Of a stretch of 64,000 bases of DNA, positions 20,264 to 30,373 are shown piece by piece. Below the pieces are notes generated by a model. The model did no database searches and had not been told where the DNA came from. It saw only the letters and a program-made list of their open reading frames with translations. The translations under genes were made by a program, and so were the position numbers. Numbering within the stretch: the stretch's first letter is position 1; every line of letters begins with the position of its first letter. The stretch spans positions 372,001 to 436,000 of the forward strand of contig OZ025727.1 of the NCBI GenBank assembly GCA_964019335.1, written 5' to 3'. Source of the DNA: Diplonema japonicum (taxonomy: Eukaryota > Protista > Euglenozoa: Diplonemea).

Positions 20264-23200
20264 ATGGAGTTTCCAGATGTACACCATCGGATGTCAAAAA
20301 AGATAGCACAGTTGACAAAGGTCATCTACCGGTTGAACACGCAAAACGACGACAGCGAATACCAGTTGCAGCAGATCACTGGGCTATATGAATGCGAAAT
20401 CGAAGAGATTTTGAAGGATGCCAGGGCCAAGATTATGATGTTCAAAGGGCAGCTTGAAGAGGAGAAGAACAACGATAAGGTGAAGATTGCTGTCGATCAG
20501 CTTCAAACAGTGAACGAAAGGGAAAAAGAGGAGATGGTGGAGCAGTTCACGGAGTTCAGGAAGAAGGCGATGGAGAACGAACGGGCGCTGAAGGCCAAGT
20601 CCGAGGAGCAAATAGCACAGCTCACAACACAGCTGCAACAAGTGAAGGACGCGTTCCAGAGCAGACTCCAAGCGTTCACGGAAGGCCAGAAGGGACTGGA
20701 GCAAAAGGGGTACGATGCACTAGAGGAGCTCCGGAAGCTTAAAGACGACGAGCTTGAAAAGGCCATTCAGCAGTACAACGAGAAGTACAAGTCAATGCTG
20801 TCCAAGCAGCTTCAAGCGCAAGAGGACCAGGAAGTCGCCTTGAACGAATCATGGGAAGCAAAGCAACGTGTGGCTGAAGCAAAGCACAAGCAAGAGCAAG
20901 ACAAGGCGACCAGCGACATTCACCACCTCAGCGAACAGAACACGTCTCTCTCACAGCAGCTCACAGCCTCCAACGACATGATCTCCGCCACTCAAGCCAA
21001 GCTGGCCTCCTTGGAAGAGCAGCTCAGCACCGCGAATATGACTGAGGTCGACTTGAACCAGACGTTACGGCAGTACCTCAAACAGCTAGGTGACAAAGAG
21101 AAGGCACTTGATGCAAGCACCTCCCAGTGTGGCGACCTGCAAGGCCAGCTGGAGGCGTCGTTCTCTAATTGCAGCAATCTCACTGAGCAACTGGATAAGT
21201 TGAAGCAGGCAGAATCCAAGCTGATGAACGCAGGGAGCGAGAGGGAAAAGTTCGCTCTAGAACTTCAATCGCAGATCGAGAGCATCACAGCCGAGTTCGC
21301 AGAGAAAGCCGCCAAATACGAAGGGCAGCTACGGGAGACACAACACGTACTAGATGCCAATGTCGCGGAACTTGCTTCTGTGCGCACGGCGTTGAGCACA
21401 AAGGAGGAGAACTGCCGCACACTGGAGGCAGAGGCGACAAAGCTGAAGCAGCGCATTACTAGTCATGAGGCTGAGATCGATAGAGTACAGACAGCACTGC
21501 GCAATGCCGAGGAGCTTGCTTCCGAGAAGCAAACAGCAGCCGCAAACAAGATAGGTACTTTAGAGAGGCAACTGATGGAGGCAGAGCAGATGCAAAAAGA
21601 CACCCAAGCTATGCTAACTAGGGACATGGATGGGAAGTGCCAGTCCCTCAATGACGATCACGAACGCAAGATGCAAACCCTGAAAGACGATCATGAAAAG
21701 GCGGTACGTGAGATGCGAGAAGCACTGAAGAGTGAGAACAAACAGCTTGCGGCACAGCATCTAGATGCCCAGGGCCTGCTGAATAGCAATGTCAAATCCT
21801 TGGGGGATAAGATTGAAGAGCTGACTACTGCATTAAAGGAAAGTGAGAAGGCAGCTGAGAACGCGAAAGAGGAGAGCATGGAGCAATTCAAGGCACTTCA
21901 AGCAGAGAGCTCGCAGGAGATCAATAGACTCAAAGAGGTGATAGAACAGAAACGAAAAGAACTGTCAGAGTTGGAAGAGAAGCTGAAAGGTGCCCATGAG
22001 AATGATGGGAGCAACCAAAAGGCGTGGGCGCAGAAAGAGGAGCAACTCAAGGCTACACTGGCTGAGATGGAGCAGAAGGTGTCGCAGAGCGAAGCGCTGT
22101 GCAAAAAGATCCAAAGTGAGAAAGAAGAGGAGGCGAGGAACTTACGGAACGCCAGTGCCTACGACCTTGAGAAGATGAAGGCGAAAATGGCCAGCGAAGG
22201 GCAGAACCACCTCAGCTCACAGCTGTCGAAGCTAAAGGACGACATGTTGCGAGAGCAGGCTGAGAAGCTCGAGCACGAGCTTCAAAGAGCAGAGCATGCT
22301 AGGCAAGTAGAGCTCGATAACATGAGACGGGCCCACAAGGAGATCGAGACGGCGCTGAAAGCAGAAGCAGAAAAACTAAACACAAGGATAGAACAACTGC
22401 GAGGTAACATGAGGGACTCGGAAAAGCAGGCGCAGAGCGATCAGGACAGCTGGAAGGAGCAGCGCTCAATATTGATACAGGAGCACAAAACCAAAGAGGA
22501 CAGCTTGAAGGCCATGTTCGCGAAAGATCTTGAGCAGCTACAAGAACGCTTGAAACTGGAGAAGAAAGCAGCAATCGCAGAATGCAAGAACGATCAAGAA
22601 GCGGTCATGTCGGCACTACGGAAAGAGCACGTCCAGAATTTGAACACACTTACGATTGAGCACGGGAAGGATCTGAACGAGCTGAGGAGCGACATGCACG
22701 AGACAGCAAACGAGAAGCTAAACGCACAGAAGGCCGATCTGGAGGGGCAAAAAGAAGCGGCTTTGAAGGCGCAGGAGGCTGGATTTGCTGCGGAGAAGGA
22801 AGAGATGAAGAAGGCACATAAAGAACGGCTGAGCGAGTCAGAGAACTCGGCTCAGGCGGTAAGGCGGCAAATGCACGACTTAGAAATGTGCCTGCGGGAG
22901 TCGAACAACCTTTTGGAGAAGGAGAGGGCAGCACATGAAAACATGAAGGTGACATCACGAGCGTCTTTGGAAAGCTCATTCGGGGAGTACAGCAGGAAAG
23001 TGAATTCAATGGCGCAAGAGCATGAGAAAGTCATTCAAGATCTGAAATCAGGACAGAGACAGCAGGTGGTAAAGCTCACAGATGAATTCACAGCCGTACA
23101 AGCAGCCATGAAACAGAAGCACCAGGATTTGCTGGTCAAAGTTGCCGAGCTGGAGTACCAGTACGCTAATCGGGAGTCGCGTGATGAGGACGTCTCAAGG

Positions 23201-23510
23201 ATCAATCAGCTAATCGTGGAGATTTCCTCAAAGGACGAAGCGCTTATCAAGGCTTTCAACGAGCTGAGATGGTACAAATTAGAGCTAGTCAACAGAGAAG
23301 AGAACTACAACAGGGTGTTTGGTAGACAGCCAACAGTTGCCTCAGGAAGTATGACACTACTCACAACTTCATGACACACCCACAGGACCACCCGCTGCGA
23401 TGCAAGAAGCAGCAGACAGTAGGCAGGCCCGCTCGGGATCAAAGACAAACGCGCCAATCGCGCCGGCCCGAGCACTTTCCATGGTGGTCCAGAAGACATC
23501 CACGCAGTAA
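20264..23510 (+). CDS. FAM184: FAM184-family coiled-coil protein; join(20264..23348,23386..23510) predicted
   Basis: N-terminal MSKKIAQLTKVIYRLNT and C-terminal YKLELVNREENYNRVF match FAM184A/B. A 37-nt GTATG...CACAG intron extends the frame to TAA at 23510; the unspliced ORF stops at 23374. Confidence 0.85.
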
Positions 23511-23908
23511 GCAATGATACGAATCTTCAAAAAAAAAAGATAGAGCATTGTTCCCCCTCCCCCCAGGGGTCAACAGGGGGAATAAATCCATTTTTTTTCA
23601 CATTTTGAATAATGGGGGTTAATTTTCACCAATCTTTCTAAAGTATCGATGACGGGTTGCCCCAAAATGTTTTTGCGCAAAATATGGCATTTTTATTCCC
23701 CCTTTAAGGATAATTTGACCCCCCCCCCCCCCTCTCCCCACCCTTTTATTTTGTCTTATGGTCCCCTTCTCCCTCTTTCTTCTGCGAGGATTTTCCCGTT
23801 TCTTCTTTCTAGTACATAATAATTGCATCCCTCCTTTGTCCCCCATTCTATTTTTCCGTCACTATTCTTACCTTATAGTTTTCTCTGATTTTGTCAAAAG
23901 GAGCAATA

Positions 23909-24814
23909 ATGAAAGCCGTGCACAAGATAGGCGTGGCCCAGTTGAAGGTAGGCCCATGCAAGGCAGCGAACCTTGAAATAGTGGAAAGGCTTGCTGCGGA
24001 AGCGAAGGGGAAAGGGTGCGAGATGCTGTTTCTGCCGGAGAACGCGGATTTTATAGGACAGGGCAAGGAAGAGACGTTTGCTCTAAGTGAGAAGATGGAC
24101 GGGGAGACGGTGGGGACTTTCAAGAACATCGCGAAGAAGCACAACTTATGGATTAATGTGGGTAGCTTCCACGAGGTTTTGGAGGACGACACCAAGATTG
24201 GCAACACACAGCTCATGCTGAACGCCGAGGGAGATGTGCTAGAGCTCTACAGAAAAGCACACCTCTTCGATGTCGATGTACCTGGTGGGAGGAGCTACAG
24301 GGAGTCTGCTTCTACAGTCGGTGGTAGCTCGTACAAGACAGCCGACACCCCTGTCGGCAGAGTGGGAATGACTACCTGTTATGACCTTAGGTTTCCTTAC
24401 ATGTACAGTGAGCTGGCCTTTCGTGCCCACAGCGACATCATCACAGTCCCTTCTGCCTTCATGGTGCCTACCGGGAAGGTTCACTGGGAAGTCCTCCTCC
24501 GTGCACGTGCCATCGAAACGCAGACTTTCATCATTGCGGCTGCACAGGCGGGAGCCCATAACCCCACCCGCTCCTCCTATGGCCACTCTCTCGTTGTTGA
24601 CCCCTGGGGGACCGTACTGCTCGATATGGGTGACGAAGAAAACACGCTCGGCGTGGCGATCCTCGACTTCTCCACGCTCCACAACACACGCGAACGTCTT
24701 CCTGTCGCGCAGCACATCAAGCCGCTCACATGGCCTAGTGGTGCGCCTCCTCCTCTTCCTGGGTCCCACACCGAGATAAAACAGCGTGAAGTGCAAAACC
24801 CCGAGGTTCTGTAG
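23909..24814 (+). CDS. NIT1: Nitrilase family, deaminated glutathione amidase (Nit1-like)
   Basis: Catalytic triad motifs FLPE, YRKAHLFD, TCYDLRFP, plus HWEVLLRARAIETQ and SYGHSLVVDPWG. Confidence 0.92.
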   Translation: MKAVHKIGVAQLKVGPCKAANLEIVERLAAEAKGKGCEMLFLPENADFIGQGKEETFALSEKMDGETVGTFKNIAKKHNLWINVGSFHEVLEDDTKIGNTQLMLNAEGDVLELYRKAHLFDVDVPGGRSYRESASTVGGSSYKTADTPVGRVGMTTCYDLRFPYMYSELAFRAHSDIITVPSAFMVPTGKVHWEVLLRARAIETQTFIIAAAQAGAHNPTRSSYGHSLVVDPWGTVLLDMGDEENTLGVAILDFSTLHNTRERLPVAQHIKPLTWPSGAPPPLPGSHTEIKQREVQNPEVL

Positions 24815-24859
24815 TATTTTTGTTATTCAGCCTTCTAGCGATAATAACTATAACAGGCC

Positions 24860-27800
24860 ATGAAGCGCGTGATGCTGCTGTTTGCAGTGTGCACAGTCAC
24901 ATCTCATGCAATGGCAATACTCAGCTTCTTAGACCTGTCAGGCACAGCGACGAATCTTGACCTGCATGACGCAAGTTTCACTTTGTATGTGTCCATGGGT
25001 ACGAGAGGGTTCTCTATGATAGATGCGACTCTCCCCAGCTTCATGGTGGAGATAGCACGGAGCACGGTGCCGCAAGGGGGAGCCACATATTCTACAAAGC
25101 AGTTGAACTCAAAGTTGGCCATCTCGACAGAAGGGGATGCAGGGGTGTATGTGTGGGACATACGGCAACCCGGAACAGTGACGGCTCAAGGGTTCTTTGA
25201 TGTCGGGACTGTGTCTCCAGTGAAGTATCAGGCGATCTGTTCTTCTGTCATTTATTCTGTGACAGAAGGTGGGGTCCTTTACATCTTTGATGTTGCCGGG
25301 AATTCAATGAACGTATTCACTGCAGGTCCAGTGGCTGGAACGCCTGTTGGTGATTCTGTGAAGGCAATCGCCTGCCACGGGACCACGCTCCACGTCGTGG
25401 TGGATACACGTGTTGATATTTATGACGTGTCTGCCCCCCTGAGTATAACAAAGACACAATCAATAGACCTCATCTGCATTGGGGTCAGCATCGCCTTGCA
25501 CCTTAGCTACGCATTCGTAGCATGCTCCGCTTCAGTCATTGTTGCTCAAATTGGTACCGCCCGTAAGACTACGTTGGCGCTCTCACCTGCCATCAACAGT
25601 GTCACTGTGTCAGATAACATGCTATTTGTGTCTTCCTCCAATGGGTTGGGGGTCTATGACGTTCTCGTGCCAGGGCAGCCCAAGAAGATAGTGCAGCTGA
25701 ACAACCTGGGGAATGTGCTCAAGACCGTTGTAGACCCCTTCAGCGTTTTTGTTCTGTCGACATCGAAGCTCTATGCCTTGACTGCTCCGCCCCCTTTGAC
25801 ATCTGCACCGTCGACCCCAGTACCTCCGACACCAGCACCTCCCACACGTGCGCCAACATTGAGTCCATTAACACCCGCACCCCCAACGGTGAGCCCGTTG
25901 ACAGCTGCGCCCCCAACGGGGAGCCCATCGACACTTGCACCTCCAACACCCGTACCTCAAACACAGAGTCCTTCAACATCAACGCCTCCAACAGTGAGTC
26001 CTTCAACACCTGCACCCCCAACACTGAACCCATCGACAATTGCACCTCAAACACCGAGTCCATTAACATTCGCACCCCCAACTCTGAGTCCGTCGACACC
26101 TGCACCTCAAACACCTAGCCCTTCAACACCTGCACCCCCAACACTGAGTCCAGCGACAGTGAGTCCTTCAACACCTGCACCCCCAACAATGAGTCCAGCG
26201 ACAGTGAGTCCTTCAACACCGGCACCCCCAACCCTGAGTCCGTTGACACTCGTTCCAACAACACCGAGTCCACTATCACTCGCACCCCCAACACTGAGTC
26301 CGGCGACACTTGTTCCAACAGTGAGTCCTTCAACACTCGCGCCTCCAACACTGAGCCCATCGACAATTGCACCCCCAACACAGAGTCCATTAACACTCGC
26401 ACCCCCAACACTGAGTCCGCCGACACTTGTTTCAACAGTGAGTCCTTCAACACCTGCACCCCCAACCCTGAGTCCGTTGACACTCGTTCCAACAACACCG
26501 AGTCCACTATCACTCGCACCCCCAACACTGAGCCCATCAACAATTGCACCTCTAACACCGAGTCCGTCAACACCTGCACCCCCAACGGTGAGCCCATCGA
26601 CACATGCACCTCGGACACTGACTCCTTCAACACCTGCCCCAACACTAAACCCATCGACACCTGCACCACCAACTTTGAGTCCGGTGCAGCTGACTTCAGC
26701 GCCTCCCTTGACACCCACGCCCCCTACATCTATATCTCCATCTACAGGACCCACCGCAGTACCACCAACAACTACGCATCCCTCCTTTTCACCGCTAACT
26801 CTAGTACCTCGAACAGTAACGCCTGCCCAGACCCAGATTCCTGCATGGCCAACCTCACCAGCACCGACGGCCCCCTCCAAGTCGCCTCGAACGATGGTTG
26901 GAACGCCAATTCCTTCTTCGTGCGCTCTAAGCGTTGCGGGGGGTGTTCTCAATGTCACGGCGGCCGATGTGCGGCAGGGTATCACGCTGTGGCTCGTTCT
27001 CATGGGGTGTGCGTGGACAGACGGGGTAAGCATAGGAGCTGGGGTGGACTTTGCAACAGATAGACCAACGGATATACGTGGATGGGCAGCGTGCAGCAGG
27101 GACAGCTTGTTTGTGGAATCGAGGAAAATAAACAGCACTGTGCTTAAGGTGCGTGTGGGCCCCACTTCAGACTACAAGAACAAGCACAACGAAGTGATAC
27201 GGGCCATGGTGAACCAGTCTAGGGTAGCGGGGATGAAAAGCGATGCTGACCTCGTTGTGTTGTGTGTGCAGAAAGAGCGTGCAGTGTCGGACACGGTGTT
27301 AGAGGCCGTGAGGGGAATGGAGGGCACAACGGCTTTCTTCCCGTCGTTGTCATCGGCAACACAAGCAGGGAAGACAAACGCGTTGCTACACCTCTTGGAA
27401 TGCCCTATCGAGTTTGACAGCGCCGATTTGTCGTTCACAGAGAACCCTCTCACTCTGAAGTTACACAGCTTCGACTCACCTTCCCACGCAGGAGCAGCTG
27501 TCGGGAACATGCTGCTTGTCAGCGCCTTTATTGTGATACACTACTTCGTTGTGTGGGCTTTGTTTGCGTTCTCAAATAGATCGTGGCTGCGTGCTGCAGC
27601 GAGATGTAGATTTCCGTCCTTTTCTGTTTTCCCAGCTGTTTTTCTTTATCAGCCAACATTAGCTTCTGCGGTTTACTTGCTGCTTAATGGCGAAATGAAG
27701 TCTAAGGCCATCGGCGTGTGCACCATTGCATTGTACAACATCCCGGTGGTGCTTCTTGTTGTCATTGTTACAAGCAACCGCGTGTTCTGCGCAGAGTACA

Positions 27801-28597
27801 TGTTCAGCCCCGCCCCCACAACACTGTCTGAGAGGGTTATGATGTGGATCCTAGGGAAGGGTCAGTATGTGTCTGCAAAGGACCCGACCTTTGTTGATAG
27901 GTACGCTTTGTTGTTTCAAGACTTCTTCCCTGAGAAGAGGAGGTTCCTGCTTGTAGAGTTAGCGTTCATCACCATCTTCGGTGTCATCGACGGGGTGGAA
28001 TCGCGGAGCATGCAAAGCTGCAAAACACGAGTTATAATCACACTGATAGCGTATGTGGCCTACACAGGGCTAGTGACGAAGAAGAGGGCGTATACTGGGC
28101 TGCTGAATAACATAGCTTGCATAGGGGCTGCAGTGTGCCAGACGATTGCTGCATTCTTCATTGTGGTACACTTCTGGAGTGCTGATGAGGCGAGTTTTAC
28201 ATCCAACGGGGCGGTGATAATGTTAATGATAGCCATCATGCTGACGCTGTTTAAGAGTGCAGTCGAGGTCTTTGGGATGTTCCACAGCATTGAAACAGGC
28301 AACAAGCACAAGCAGCCCGAGGACAACGAAGTCGAGATGGTTTCTGCCTCCCCCAGCCAGTCTCAGCATAGTGAGGATCAGCGGCTGTTCAGCGCTGTTT
28401 CGGTTTCTCTCTCCCCCAGTCGCGAGACGGAGTCCTTCAACCTGTCCACTTCTTCCTCATTCCGTCGCCAGCCACAACGCTACCTCTCAGTCAACAGCCC
28501 TCCCACACGCTCTAACACCATGCCTACTGCACCCAGGCGACGTGCAGCATCCCCCCAAGTTGTCTCTTTAACACCTCTTCAGAAGCATCTCATTTGA
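24860..28597 (+). CDS. Surface membrane protein: signal peptide, LVIVD-like beta repeats, Pro/Thr/Ser mucin stalk, ~7 C-terminal TM helices
   Basis: Hydrophobic N-terminus; repeated G-(F/V/L)-x-(M/V/I)-x-D-(V/I)-x-x-P units; TxAPPTLSP repeats; several hydrophobic helices after aa ~880. Confidence 0.8.
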   Translation: MKRVMLLFAVCTVTSHAMAILSFLDLSGTATNLDLHDASFTLYVSMGTRGFSMIDATLPSFMVEIARSTVPQGGATYSTKQLNSKLAISTEGDAGVYVWDIRQPGTVTAQGFFDVGTVSPVKYQAICSSVIYSVTEGGVLYIFDVAGNSMNVFTAGPVAGTPVGDSVKAIACHGTTLHVVVDTRVDIYDVSAPLSITKTQSIDLICIGVSIALHLSYAFVACSASVIVAQIGTARKTTLALSPAINSVTVSDNMLFVSSSNGLGVYDVLVPGQPKKIVQLNNLGNVLKTVVDPFSVFVLSTSKLYALTAPPPLTSAPSTPVPPTPAPPTRAPTLSPLTPAPPTVSPLTAAPPTGSPSTLAPPTPVPQTQSPSTSTPPTVSPSTPAPPTLNPSTIAPQTPSPLTFAPPTLSPSTPAPQTPSPSTPAPPTLSPATVSPSTPAPPTMSPATVSPSTPAPPTLSPLTLVPTTPSPLSLAPPTLSPATLVPTVSPSTLAPPTLSPSTIAPPTQSPLTLAPPTLSPPTLVSTVSPSTPAPPTLSPLTLVPTTPSPLSLAPPTLSPSTIAPLTPSPSTPAPPTVSPSTHAPRTLTPSTPAPTLNPSTPAPPTLSPVQLTSAPPLTPTPPTSISPSTGPTAVPPTTTHPSFSPLTLVPRTVTPAQTQIPAWPTSPAPTAPSKSPRTMVGTPIPSSCALSVAGGVLNVTAADVRQGITLWLVLMGCAWTDGVSIGAGVDFATDRPTDIRGWAACSRDSLFVESRKINSTVLKVRVGPTSDYKNKHNEVIRAMVNQSRVAGMKSDADLVVLCVQKERAVSDTVLEAVRGMEGTTAFFPSLSSATQAGKTNALLHLLECPIEFDSADLSFTENPLTLKLHSFDSPSHAGAAVGNMLLVSAFIVIHYFVVWALFAFSNRSWLRAAARCRFPSFSVFPAVFLYQPTLASAVYLLLNGEMKSKAIGVCTIALYNIPVVLLVVIVTSNRVFCAEYMFSPAPTTLSERVMMWILGKGQYVSAKDPTFVDRYALLFQDFFPEKRRFLLVELAFITIFGVIDGVESRSMQSCKTRVIITLIAYVAYTGLVTKKRAYTGLLNNIACIGAAVCQTIAAFFIVVHFWSADEASFTSNGAVIMLMIAIMLTLFKSAVEVFGMFHSIETGNKHKQPEDNEVEMVSASPSQSQHSEDQRLFSAVSVSLSPSRETESFNLSTSSSFRRQPQRYLSVNSPPTRSNTMPTAPRRRAASPQVVSLTPLQKHLI
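25790..26700 (+). repeat. Coding minisatellite, ~30-nt unit (TxAPPTxSPS), about 30 imperfect copies
   Basis: Repeated ACACCTGCACCCCCAACACTGAGTCC-type units read directly. Confidence 0.9.
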
Positions 28598-28747
28598 CGA
28601 TATTCTTTACAGAATCTTACGTGAAGTGTTTTCTCGGGGAACTATTTTCTTTTTTCGTTGTTTCCACAACGCTGGGTTTTCAATAAGCTCAGTGATACGT
28701 CTTTTTTTTTGTTATTTTACCCCCCACGTGACTCAAGCATAGGTAGT

Positions 28748-29752
28748 ATGGAAGTTTCATGGAAGGCAAAGTACGAAGAGCTGTTGGAGAAGCACGACAA
28801 GCAACGCGATTTGCTGAACACGGTTGGGGTAAAGAACAGACGGTTGGTAGAGGAGAACAAGTGCCTGAAGGACGCGTTGTGCTACATGAGCATCGGGGGG
28901 CATGGGGCGAAAGAGAAGTTTGATGCCATGTACGAGTCGGTCGAGCAGCTGAGACAGCATGCGGGATCGTGTGAGTCGTCTGCGGAGTACACGTCAATGA
29001 GGAGCTGTCCTGTAGAACAGAGCTTTGAGGAGATACTCGATGGATTGGCTTCTCGAATGGGCTGTGAGGCAGCGTGCAGCGAGCTTACTAGCATCGATAA
29101 TTTATGGGAGGAGACGAATCTCTGTGATTTGGCGAACGCGCTGTGTGAAAGGTCCATCGCTAATCCAGACCTCGCTCACAAGTATTCCTCGCTTGCTGCA
29201 TTGCTCTGCAAAGCGGAAGCACCGGAGCAGCGGCTCCACTGCATGCTTGTCGATTGTGTTCTGAAAGAGTTCGAAGTGCAGAAGCGTGGCCGCCAAGAAT
29301 GGCGGCTTGGCAACATCAGGCTCGTGGCAGAGTTGTACAAACAAAAGGTTTTTACCGAAAAGATTGTGTTTGACATCTTGTATTTTCTGATAAACGGGCC
29401 CCCCAACTCACCGAAGTGCTACACACCATGCACTGATGACGTGCTGGTTCTGTGTAGCCTACTGAAGAGCCTTGATGATGTCAAAGTGCTTAAAAAGACT
29501 TTCAGCGCGATATACTCAGAACTTGAGTTGCTTGCGATCAATCTCAGCCACTGCCCGAGGGCGTTGGCAGCCATTCAAGAGGTGCTGGGCACGCAAAGAA
29601 ACATTTCCATGCAGGCACAGAGGGCTTCCTTCGAGACGGCATCTTCGCCCAGACCGTTAGACATCAATGAAGAATGGAAGTGCGGACAATGCAGAAACAC
29701 CAACTGGGGCTTCCGTTCCGTGTGCGTGAAGTGCGACACCTCAAAACCATAA
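28748..29752 (+). CDS. MIF4G-domain protein with C-terminal RanBP2-type zinc finger
   Basis: RLGNIRLVAELYKQKVFTEKIV resembles MIF4G; ends WKCGQCRNTNWGFRSVCVKC (W-x-C-x2-C-x3-N-x6-C-x2-C). Confidence 0.8.
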   Translation: MEVSWKAKYEELLEKHDKQRDLLNTVGVKNRRLVEENKCLKDALCYMSIGGHGAKEKFDAMYESVEQLRQHAGSCESSAEYTSMRSCPVEQSFEEILDGLASRMGCEAACSELTSIDNLWEETNLCDLANALCERSIANPDLAHKYSSLAALLCKAEAPEQRLHCMLVDCVLKEFEVQKRGRQEWRLGNIRLVAELYKQKVFTEKIVFDILYFLINGPPNSPKCYTPCTDDVLVLCSLLKSLDDVKVLKKTFSAIYSELELLAINLSHCPRALAAIQEVLGTQRNISMQAQRASFETASSPRPLDINEEWKCGQCRNTNWGFRSVCVKCDTSKP

Positions 29753-30373
29753 CCCGGATTAAGCACCCTTGAAGCGAATCATAAATGCATGCTACTTTTC
29801 ATTTCTATGTAAACCTTTCTCCTATATCGGCAGCACTCCCTGATGTGCTGCGTGCATTTTCTTTTCTCAATACTTGGTTGAGGTGTGCTGCCTGTCCAGG
29901 ACGTTGTTGGCTTGCTGGAGACAGCAACTAACCCATGGGCCACAATCGGAGTGGGGCACCCTTTTTCAATGTCTTTCACTTTCTTTTCTTACAAGCCCCC
30001 GTTTCACCTGTTGTAGAGGAGCCGCCATAGATTTTGAGCCGACTAGTAGATCAGGCACAGCGATAGGCCTGCGAAACTGCCCCTGAGGTAACTGGTCATT
30101 ATGGTCGGTCACCAAAGGAGAAACCGCTGCTGAAAGGGGATATGTGCAGATAGAAGATGAGAACAAGGGGGCGTCTCACACAGACTTCCTTTAATTCATG
30201 TATTCTTTTTTCTTTTCATCTTAGCCTCGGTAAATGAACCACGGGAAAGCAAAAATTTAACTTTTTTTTTCTTGTGGTTTTAAGATTTCTCTCAGTGTGT
30301 AGAACGGATTCACAATTCTCCCAAAAAGAAATACCAGGTTCTTTTTTTTTCATTTTTTTTTAACAACTATTTA

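Noticed and set aside
26107-27165. 352-aa minus-strand Gly/Val-rich ORF
   Set aside because: Antisense of the Pro/Thr repeat.
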